Below are positions 39,511 to 47,091 of a stretch of DNA of 64,000 bases, one piece after another. A model generated the notes under the pieces. It worked only from the letters and a program-made list of their open reading frames with translations, was not told where the DNA came from and did not search any database. How positions within the stretch are numbered: position 1 is the stretch's first letter; the number at the start of each line of letters is the position of its first letter. This DNA comes from a virus (taxonomy: Duplodnaviria > Caudoviricetes): the IMG/VR virus record IMGVR_UViG_3300020469_000008, positions 64,001 to 128,000 of that record; one strand, 5' to 3'. The translations under genes and the position numbers were made by a program.

Positions 39511-40413
39511 ATGAGATTATCGAAAAGCCAGTTAAGTCTAATTATTGAAAACTATTTATTAGAAAGCGTTAATACAGAATCTATACGTTCTGAATTTGAA
39601 AAAGCAAGAGATCAACTTAAACAAGAATTTTTAAATTCAGATAAATTTGATAAAGTTGTAAGGGCTAGTGTTGGTAAAGGTTTAGACATGACGCATCTTT
39701 ATGTAGTTCCAAAAGATGATCCAATCAATAAGAATCCTGAGTTTTCTGCTTATGAAGGTTATGCACTTCACGTAAAATTTGTAAGGGGTGAAGAAAGACC
39801 TAAAAAAGAATATTTTGATACGGACATAATAAAAGACAAAGAATTGGAAAGCAAGTTTAGTTCAAAGCCTATTGTAAATCCAATTGTTGTTATATTTGAA
39901 AAAAATATAAAATCAAAAATTAGCCTTAAGCGCTTATTACTTCATGAGCTCGGTCACGTAAAAAACAATTTTTTAAAGTTTTATGCCGGAATAGATTTGA
40001 ATGTTAATGAGGTTCGAGCGGTACTTCGAAAAGATTTTCAAGGAAAGTCTATCGGTAAAATTGTAAATATACTTAGATCTGAAAAGCGCTTAGGTAGAAT
40101 TAACCCACCAGGTTTTTTAAGGCTAGTAGAACGACTTAAAAAATATTATGATGGCGTTTTTGCAGATCCAGCAGATGAATTATCAGTTGACGAGTTTGCT
40201 GTTAGAATATCGGCTTTGCAAAGAGACATTGTTGCGCAAGCTTCAGTTTCACCCCGTGCTGAAGAAGTTATGTCATTTACAAAAATGGAACGTAAATATG
40301 GGATAGACGCAGCCGGCTTAGCACTATTTTTGGAAAAAAATGTTACATTTGAAAAGATACAAGCAGTGGCACAAAACATTAAAAAAAGTAACACAAAAAG
40401 TGCAACAGGGTAA
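39511..40413 (+). CDS. HExxH metallopeptidase-like protein with basic N-terminal tag
   Basis: MRLSKSQLSLIIENYLLE, LLLHELGHVKN and a downstream DEF.VR. Confidence 0.6.
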   Translation: MRLSKSQLSLIIENYLLESVNTESIRSEFEKARDQLKQEFLNSDKFDKVVRASVGKGLDMTHLYVVPKDDPINKNPEFSAYEGYALHVKFVRGEERPKKEYFDTDIIKDKELESKFSSKPIVNPIVVIFEKNIKSKISLKRLLLHELGHVKNNFLKFYAGIDLNVNEVRAVLRKDFQGKSIGKIVNILRSEKRLGRINPPGFLRLVERLKKYYDGVFADPADELSVDEFAVRISALQRDIVAQASVSPRAEEVMSFTKMERKYGIDAAGLALFLEKNVTFEKIQAVAQNIKKSNTKSATG

Positions 40414-40428
40414 AATATTGTGTATAAT
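40400..40428 (+). promoter_or_regulatory. sigma70-type promoter GTGCAA-N17-TATAAT
   Basis: Exact 17-nt spacer upstream of the cglF-like gene. Confidence 0.7.
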
Positions 40429-40473
40429 AATAATGTGGATAACACAACAAACTAAAACTAATCAGGAGAAAAA

Positions 40474-40707
40474 ATGTTACTATTAATTTTAAATTTGTCA
40501 ATCGCTTCAGCACAAGAAACAGATAAAAATGTTCGCTACAACAAAAGAACAGAAATTGATTTTGAAGGCTTAGATATTACAGGTGAAATGATAAAGCCGA
40601 CAGGTGCTCTAGTTCAGTCTAGACAAACTGCTAAGTTTAATCCGTTGATCAAGATTAGAACAGACTTTAACCTAGAAATGGCACAGTCTATAAACAACGT
40701 TAAATAA
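40474..40707 (+). CDS. cglF: CglF/GltF-like (myxobacterial gliding motility) secreted protein
   Basis: Type I signal peptide (ASA|Q) followed by K.T.IDF....I.GE..KP.G.....R....F..LIK.R.DF..E...S, the recalled CglF consensus. Confidence 0.8.
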   Translation: MLLLILNLSIASAQETDKNVRYNKRTEIDFEGLDITGEMIKPTGALVQSRQTAKFNPLIKIRTDFNLEMAQSINNVK

Positions 40708-40730
40708 TTAGTTCTTTTCAAACAGCAAAT

Positions 40731-40757
40731 GGCAGCATAAAAAATGCTGCCTTTTTT
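40731..40757 (+). terminator. Intrinsic terminator after cglF
   Basis: GGCAGCAT-aaaaa-ATGCTGCC followed by T6. Confidence 0.9.
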
Positions 40758-40784
40758 GTATATTTTGTTAAATTTTGATATTAT
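40756..40784 (+). promoter_or_regulatory. sigma70-type promoter TTGTAT-N17-TATTAT
   Basis: Exact 17-nt spacer upstream of thyX. Confidence 0.6.
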
Positions 40785-40812
40785 AAAAAGCAATTAAAAA
40801 AAAGGAGATTCT

Positions 40813-41796
40813 ATGCCACAAAATCTAGATTTAAAACCTGTCGACTTACCAATGGAGTTGAAGTTTGGTCAAGAACCACACACAATTTTCCATAACAATC
40901 TTGAACATCTTAAGGTAGAACTTATCGATGCTCCTACACGCTCACAAGCATTAAATGTTGCTTGGCAATATGTAAAAGCAACTTGGGCTGATCATCATGA
41001 TGAGACAAATCCAAGCACAACTAGTCTTAAAGAATTGTCTGCAAATCTCGAGGATGTGCTCTGTTTCCGCGCGCTACCAACACCAATGGAATGCCTAGGG
41101 TTTACTTTTAAGTTGTCTGGCTTGTCATTTCAAGAGGTTACACACATTATTCGACATCGAGCGGGTTCTTTCGCAGCTCAATGTACTGGTGATCGCGATT
41201 TACGTGACGATCCTGCAGTTATTCCTGAAGCAGTACAAAACTCTCCTGAGTTTCTGGAAAGATATAAAAGAATTGTGCGTGATTCAAAGCAACTTTACGC
41301 AGACATGACAGATTCAAAAGATGTATCAATGATGGATGCAAGAATGATTCTTCCAAAGGCAATGACATCATTTTATCTGATGCGTCTTAATCTCAAAGAT
41401 TTGTTAGGTTTTATTGCACAACGTCAAGATATGCAAATCCAACCTGCAGCAGATAATTTACTTGCCGTTTACATGGCACGTGAAGTTTTAAAAGTTTTAC
41501 CTGAGGCATCAGCAAGGATTGATTTCAACAAACCAGATATGCACTACATTAAAACGTTCCGTGTACCTGATGGTAAAGGTGGAGAAACATCGCGAGGCAC
41601 AAATCTGTACTGGCCTGAACCTAAGAATGATAAATTTGATTATCATCCTAACGATACAATTTATCAGTCACGCCGAGAGGATATTAACGGTACACATAAT
41701 CCAGGTACAGAAACAGTTTTCACACAATTGTGGAATGAAACATTAACAGAAATCGATGCAATTAAAGCGTCATACAATCAATTTATGGGGAAATAA
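40813..41796 (+). CDS. thyX: Divergent ThyX-family (flavin-dependent thymidylate synthase-like) protein
   Basis: TPME..GFTF, RHRAGSFAAQC (RHR-x7-S motif with Cys), DARMILP and GFIAQRQD..IQ. Confidence 0.8.
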   Translation: MPQNLDLKPVDLPMELKFGQEPHTIFHNNLEHLKVELIDAPTRSQALNVAWQYVKATWADHHDETNPSTTSLKELSANLEDVLCFRALPTPMECLGFTFKLSGLSFQEVTHIIRHRAGSFAAQCTGDRDLRDDPAVIPEAVQNSPEFLERYKRIVRDSKQLYADMTDSKDVSMMDARMILPKAMTSFYLMRLNLKDLLGFIAQRQDMQIQPAADNLLAVYMAREVLKVLPEASARIDFNKPDMHYIKTFRVPDGKGGETSRGTNLYWPEPKNDKFDYHPNDTIYQSRREDINGTHNPGTETVFTQLWNETLTEIDAIKASYNQFMGK

Positions 41797-41797
41797 T

Positions 41798-42247
41798 ATG
41801 AGTTTAGGGAAGGTATACTTAGCAAGTGGGTGGTTCTCGCCGGAATGGTTGCAAGAAGTAGAAAACATTAAGTCTGTGTTTGAAAAGCATGGTGTTAATT
41901 ACTTCTCACCAAAAGATGAAAATCTTTGTGATAACGATGCAGCTGAATCGATGCAAGACCAGATTTTTGAAGGTAATATAAAACATTTACACGAAAGTGA
42001 TTGGTTACTTTGCAATACAAGAAACAAGGATATGGGAACGATTTTTGAGGCGGGTTACTTCAATTGTCTTGAAAAGCCTATCGTGTATTTCTGTGATGGT
42101 TTGCCTGCAGGTGCGCAATTTAATCTCATGCTAGCTGCAAGTGGTATTAAGGTTTGTCGATCATTAAATGAGTTTGACGACTATCTTGGTCGTTGTGTTG
42201 GTGGTGATGAATTAATTGTTGAAAGATATCAAGGTGAAATCGAGTAA
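41798..42247 (+). CDS. Nucleoside 2-deoxyribosyltransferase / NMP N-glycosidase family protein
   Basis: VYLASGWFS, YFSP and DMGTIFEAGY (catalytic Glu). Confidence 0.85.
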   Translation: MSLGKVYLASGWFSPEWLQEVENIKSVFEKHGVNYFSPKDENLCDNDAAESMQDQIFEGNIKHLHESDWLLCNTRNKDMGTIFEAGYFNCLEKPIVYFCDGLPAGAQFNLMLAASGIKVCRSLNEFDDYLGRCVGGDELIVERYQGEIE

Positions 42248-42275
42248 TCGATAATTAAGCGAGATATTTTCAACG

Positions 42276-42306
42276 GGTCAGGATAATTAGTTCTGACCTT
42301 TTTTTT
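42276..42306 (+). terminator. Intrinsic terminator with a late-promoter motif in its loop
   Basis: GGTCAG-gataattagtt-CTGACC followed by T8. Confidence 0.7.
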
Positions 42307-42315
42307 GGAGAATTT

Positions 42316-43707
42316 ATGAAAATTACACGACGACAATTGAGACGACTATTAAGTGAAAGACTGTTAGTAGAAGCATCTGCTGAAGAATTAGCAAATATGA
42401 AGGGCACATATTCTATAAACCCACAGTCTGCGCAGTCACTAGGATTCGCCGGGGCTCAATCAGGCGCCGGACAAATAAAGGTCGGTCCTCGAGGCAACGT
42501 GAACGTTGGAACTAAGGATGGAAATTTTATCCGTGAAATCAAACCATCAGAAGTCACTCCGGAGCAACTAAATTACATAACACTCGGGTATGATAGAAAA
42601 CAAGCAGCAAATAATACCGTCATGGGGGAAATGAGCACTTATTTCAGAAAAAATGCAGGGTACTACAAGGTCAACAATCAATCCGGTGTACCTGCAGGAG
42701 CCACACACATTAGAATTTATGGTGATGCTAAATACCGATATATCAATTTCAATGAAAAACCAGAAAAATATGTAGGTGCCAAAGAACCAATTGCACCCTC
42801 TGTATTCCTCGGTTGGAAAAGCTTCATCGATGGTTTGACGAAAGACAGCAACCCGAGCAGTGCTGATACTTCCACTGAAGGTGAAACAGACACCAGCGCT
42901 GAAAGAGACGGTGAACAGCAACAACAACAGCAGCAACAACAGCAACCAAAACCAGAAAAGAAGAATAAACCAAAAAAATCAGCTGATAAAGATAAGAAAG
43001 TTGCTTTCATAAGAAAAGTTATTGGTGATGACGCTCCTGGCAAGTGGAACAAAGAATCAGATAAAAAGTGGAAAACTTGGGTCGAAGGGCCATACTACGC
43101 AGCAGGCGTACGCACATTTCAAAACTTTTATGCGATGGTGCAATTAGGTAAAAACAACAAAACTAATGCAACAGAAGAGGATTTTGATGCAGCTCACAAA
43201 GAAAACAACGCTGTCAGTTTAGCTAAATTAGCGGGATTCAAACCAACAATTTCAGGTGTCTACAACATGTGCAAAGAAATTGATGAAATGTCGAAAGAAG
43301 ATCTTCAAGCTACAGCAATGGCAATAACTGCTACTACTGAAGGAGAAACAAACACCGCGGCGAGCAAAGCAGTGGACAAAGATGAAGTAATAACTCAATC
43401 ATTTACCGACGATATTAAGGCTGAGATGTTTGGGGATGAAATTGCCAAAATTCAAGATCCAAGAGAAAAGTCTCGAGCAGTCAAAAACGTAGTAAACGCG
43501 TACAACAAGAAGAAAGAAGAATTAAAGAAAAAAGGCGACGAGAGGGAAATTCAAAATTTGGATAGAGGATTTAAGCTTTTTAAGAAAAGGTCTAAAGCTT
43601 CGAAAGAATTTGAAGCTGCATCTGAAAAGGTTGATGAAATAAAAGACCTGCAAGAATCGTTAAGCAGGGGCGCACTATATAGAAAGCATTACTACGGAAG
43701 ATACTAG
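42316..43707 (+). CDS. Hypothetical head-internal-type protein (N-tag MKITRRQLRRLLSE, poly-Q, C-tail ESLSRGALYRKHYYGRY)
   Basis: GATAATTA at 42250 and 42282, with a GGAGA SD. Confidence 0.8.
   Translation: MKITRRQLRRLLSERLLVEASAEELANMKGTYSINPQSAQSLGFAGAQSGAGQIKVGPRGNVNVGTKDGNFIREIKPSEVTPEQLNYITLGYDRKQAANNTVMGEMSTYFRKNAGYYKVNNQSGVPAGATHIRIYGDAKYRYINFNEKPEKYVGAKEPIAPSVFLGWKSFIDGLTKDSNPSSADTSTEGETDTSAERDGEQQQQQQQQQQPKPEKKNKPKKSADKDKKVAFIRKVIGDDAPGKWNKESDKKWKTWVEGPYYAAGVRTFQNFYAMVQLGKNNKTNATEEDFDAAHKENNAVSLAKLAGFKPTISGVYNMCKEIDEMSKEDLQATAMAITATTEGETNTAASKAVDKDEVITQSFTDDIKAEMFGDEIAKIQDPREKSRAVKNVVNAYNKKKEELKKKGDEREIQNLDRGFKLFKKRSKASKEFEAASEKVDEIKDLQESLSRGALYRKHYYGRY
42916..42945 (+). repeat. Poly-Gln tract (10 CAA/CAG codons)
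   Basis: cag caa caa caa cag cag caa caa cag caa. Confidence 0.9.
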
Positions 43708-44774
43708 ATCAATATTTTCTTCTTAAGTTTTTCAGATACAAGGTGTCTAAGAGTGAGCTCGTCAATACGAAACAACCTTCGTTCTTCTAGACCTCTTTGC
43801 TTTTTATCGTCTAGTTTAACTTCACGTCCAGTATCAGTAATTTTCTTTTCTTTAAATTCCATCTTCTTATCTGAAGTAATATCTTTAAGTTTCACACTGA
43901 GATCATCGTTGATTTCTTTACCTGAGATCGGCATAATAGCAGAAAGCTTTTTACCTTTTACCAGTTCAAACATAGCTGTTATTGTTTGACGTCCAACTTT
44001 GTAATCTTTTTGCAATCCATTTGCCTTCTGAAACTTACCAACAGCTTCTTTTGTTTTTGGGCCATAATCGCCATCGATATCATCGTCGGAATCTAAGTGT
44101 TTAAGTTGTACTAACGCTTTTTGTATTGCAGCTGTCATCATTTTATTTTCATTGTCTGATTTATTCATTGAAGTACTTAGAATTTTGTCACCTGACAATA
44201 CATCTTTAAAAAGTTCTTTTGCGCTAATCTCAAAGTCTCTGATTCCTTCTACACCGATAATTGTAATCATCCATTTAATTACATTGAATGTACCTTTTTC
44301 TGTTTCTTGCTTTACAACCTTAGGTTCTTTACCGCCAGGCTGTCGTTGTAACTTTGTACCATCAGCATCCGCGGCTGCTTTAAGTTTATCCTTACCTATT
44401 TTCTCTTCCGTATCTTTAACTTTTTGTGCACGATCGATACCTACGGAAACCTTAGCTTTTGATATGAATTGTTTTAGCTTTGACTTTATAACCTTTCTTT
44501 TGTCTTTATCAATTGCCATACCGAAGTAACTTAGAATTTTGTTATAAAAATCGATGTCTCCACTACTTAAGTTTCTATGCTTAGAACTTTTATTAAGTGC
44601 CGATTGTAATCCATCAAATAAGGACTTTGCTTTTTTGTTGAAATTTTGTTTTGATTCAGTTTGTGCTAGCGCAACTAGTCTTAGTATGATTGCATTTTTT
44701 ACGTCAAATTGTGCGTTTTTCATGCCAGGTTGCATGAAGGTTTTAATTGCTTGTCTGTCACCTCTTTTAAGCAT
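43704..44774 (-). CDS. Peptidoglycan-binding domain protein
   Basis: AIQKALVQL.......IDGDYGPKTKEAVGKFQKANGLQKDYKVGRQT. AAGGAG SD, with TATAATTA/AATAGTTA on the minus strand at 44799-44812. Confidence 0.8.
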   Translation of the reverse strand: MLKRGDRQAIKTFMQPGMKNAQFDVKNAIILRLVALAQTESKQNFNKKAKSLFDGLQSALNKSSKHRNLSSGDIDFYNKILSYFGMAIDKDKRKVIKSKLKQFISKAKVSVGIDRAQKVKDTEEKIGKDKLKAAADADGTKLQRQPGGKEPKVVKQETEKGTFNVIKWMITIIGVEGIRDFEISAKELFKDVLSGDKILSTSMNKSDNENKMMTAAIQKALVQLKHLDSDDDIDGDYGPKTKEAVGKFQKANGLQKDYKVGRQTITAMFELVKGKKLSAIMPISGKEINDDLSVKLKDITSDKKMEFKEKKITDTGREVKLDDKKQRGLEERRLFRIDELTLRHLVSEKLKKKILI

Positions 44775-44840
44775 GATTTCTCCTTAATGAAATTTGTCTA
44801 ATTATAACTATTTGGCAAGACTTAATAAATAAATGTTTTA

Positions 44841-44869
44841 TTGAAATTATGAAAGATAGTGTGTAATAT
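44841..44869 (+). promoter_or_regulatory. sigma70-type promoter TTGAAA-N17-TAATAT
   Basis: Exact 17-nt spacer upstream of the first epimerase gene. Confidence 0.6.
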
Positions 44870-44886
44870 AACAAAAGGAGGATTTT

Positions 44887-45879
44887 ATGTCAAAAATTTT
44901 TATAACAGGTGAACGTGGTTTTATTGGTACAAATTTAGCAAAGCGCGCGGATCGTCATGGGTTTGAATTTATCTCGGGTGTTCATGAACTAAACGAAGAC
45001 GCAGCATTTGTGTCACAATTTACAACAGAAAAAGGTGAACCTTGTGTTCATCGCAATTCAGAAGAAGCGTGGCAAGCTTTTTTTGAAGTTAATGAAATTG
45101 ATTATGTCATACACAATGCAGCAGTCGTGGGTACTGATGTTGTTGCTTTAAATGCCAAAGAATCAACACTTACCAATGTGCAAGGCACATTCAATATTTG
45201 TCGTGCTGCAAAAAAATGTGGTATTCCTGTTTGTTATATGGGCACGACAGTAATTTACGATACACCAAAATATCAAGAAACTGCTATCGAAGAAGACTCA
45301 GATCGAGGTCCTCATACTTTCTACGGATGTCAGAAGCTTGCCGCTGAAGAAGTTGTTAAATCACATAGCACCAAGTGGATGATCATTCGCCCACTCTTTG
45401 CGTATGGTGGTGATGGTGATATGAACTCTTTGATTGCAAAAACGATATACGCAAAACTCAACGGCATACCTAAGGTCAAAATGTTTCTCGATCCAACAAA
45501 GTTTAAAGACTACTTGCATGTAAATGATTATTGTGATGGTGTTTTTTCTTGTATGAAAGAGGATAATTGCTGGAATAATGACTTTAATATTGCAGCTGAA
45601 ACGCCAATTGTCACAGGTGAAATTATAGAATTAATGGATAAAGTATGCGGACAGAGTTTCTCAGATACAATAGAATGGCTTCCACAGACAGAGTATATGG
45701 GTAATCATATTTTAAGCGGTAGAAAAGCCAGAGAGTTTACTAGCTGGTATCCAAAGATAGATCTAGCAGAAGGTATACGAATGTCATATGAAAGCATTTT
45801 AAAATCAGAAGGCTATAATCCTTTGAGGTACTTAGAAGAAGCAGAAGAAAAAGGTGTTGATCTAACTGAATACTTTTAA
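44887..45879 (+). CDS. NAD-dependent epimerase/dehydratase (extended SDR)
   Basis: ITGERGFIG, HNAAVVG, YGCQK (YxxxK) and IIRPLFAYG. Confidence 0.88.
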   Translation: MSKIFITGERGFIGTNLAKRADRHGFEFISGVHELNEDAAFVSQFTTEKGEPCVHRNSEEAWQAFFEVNEIDYVIHNAAVVGTDVVALNAKESTLTNVQGTFNICRAAKKCGIPVCYMGTTVIYDTPKYQETAIEEDSDRGPHTFYGCQKLAAEEVVKSHSTKWMIIRPLFAYGGDGDMNSLIAKTIYAKLNGIPKVKMFLDPTKFKDYLHVNDYCDGVFSCMKEDNCWNNDFNIAAETPIVTGEIIELMDKVCGQSFSDTIEWLPQTEYMGNHILSGRKAREFTSWYPKIDLAEGIRMSYESILKSEGYNPLRYLEEAEEKGVDLTEYF

Positions 45880-46097
45880 TGAAGTTCTATGAGGGTGACT
45901 TAATAGAAACACTTACTTATAAAGGTGAAATTATATACGGAATTGTTTTAGAATCTGTTAACAGATTTAATTACACTGAAGTTCGTATATTGTCAGGATC
46001 AAGAATAATCGCAGTTGTACACGACGGCCGAAAAGGTGGTATTAAACTGATACAAAGGATTGACAATGAAAAAAGAGCTACAAAACAAACTATTTGA
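45879..46097 (+). CDS. Hypothetical protein
   Basis: TAATG coupling, small beta-rich ORF. Confidence 0.65.
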   Translation: MKFYEGDLIETLTYKGEIIYGIVLESVNRFNYTEVRILSGSRIIAVVHDGRKGGIKLIQRIDNEKRATKQTI

Positions 46098-46467
46098 AAA
46101 ATATCCAAAGATTTTTAAGCAGCGAGAATTAGACAAAGCTGTTACAGCAATGTGTTATGGAATCGCATGTGGTGATGGATGGTATACGTTGATTGACGAG
46201 ATGTGTGGAAATATACAAAATCGTATAGAAAATGTCAATAGAAATAAATCAGAAGAAGAACATCTCGACTGTCAGGCCACCCAAGTAAAAGAGAAATTTG
46301 GTGGGCTTCGTTTTTATGTTCAAGGGAGTGACGATTTTATTGACGGGATTATTGATTTAGCAGAGTCAATGTCATATCGAATCTGTTCAAAATGTGGTAA
46401 TCAATCTTCACCCCAGAAAAAACGTGGGTGGATTTATGCTTTATGTGACAATTGTCAAAATGGTTAA
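46066..46467 (+). CDS. Conserved phage hypothetical protein
   Basis: KYPKIF, CGDGWY, QVKEKFGGLRFY and two CxxC motifs. Confidence 0.75.
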   Translation: MKKELQNKLFEKYPKIFKQRELDKAVTAMCYGIACGDGWYTLIDEMCGNIQNRIENVNRNKSEEEHLDCQATQVKEKFGGLRFYVQGSDDFIDGIIDLAESMSYRICSKCGNQSSPQKKRGWIYALCDNCQNG

Positions 46468-46494
46468 TAATTATAAAGTAGATTGGAGTTTATA

Positions 46495-47019
46495 ATGAAA
46501 ATAACACGTAGACAATTAAGGCAATTGGTTGTAGAAGCAGCGATGGTAAGCGATGATCCTTTGATAATGCAAGTTACTAGTATGAACAGTTACTATGATC
46601 TAGTTGAGGTTTGCGAAAGAACAAACAATGTAGGGTTAGTAAACGCTTTATTGAAAGCAGTTAGAGAAAGAAACGTTGGCGGATTAAAACACATCGGTAG
46701 ATTTGGGATCGGTTTTATTCCTGTTGATCGCCCTGGACAACCAGCATCTTACAAGGTAACATATGCAGATACACAAAGAGCAGTAAAGGAAATTGATGAA
46801 AAATCTTACAAGTATTTAAATTATAACTTAAAACTCCAAGATAGCGGCGCATTGGCTCATTTATTTAATCCGTGTGCAAAAGCATTGAAAACAGCAGCTA
46901 AAGAGGCGGGAAGATTAATACAAGATGCTATCGATAATCCAGATCGCTATGCTGCACCTGAAAGAACATTTTTGCAAAAAGCAGGGAGTTTTTTAACAGG
47001 AAAAGGATATAGCGAGTGA
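46495..47019 (+). CDS. Hypothetical protein with basic N-terminal tag (MKITRRQLRQLVVE)
   Basis: AATAATTA at 46466-46473 and a GGAG SD. Confidence 0.8.
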   Translation: MKITRRQLRQLVVEAAMVSDDPLIMQVTSMNSYYDLVEVCERTNNVGLVNALLKAVRERNVGGLKHIGRFGIGFIPVDRPGQPASYKVTYADTQRAVKEIDEKSYKYLNYNLKLQDSGALAHLFNPCAKALKTAAKEAGRLIQDAIDNPDRYAAPERTFLQKAGSFLTGKGYSE

Positions 47020-47033
47020 AGTTACTAAGAAAA

Positions 47034-47062
47034 GTGTAATCTTAAACTCCCTGTGTTATAAT
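47034..47062 (+). promoter_or_regulatory. sigma70-type promoter GTGTAA-N17-TATAAT with extended -10
   Basis: Exact spacer and TGn-TATAAT upstream of dnaE. Confidence 0.75.
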
Positions 47063-47091
47063 AAAAATAAAAACACAAGGAGTTTACTTAT

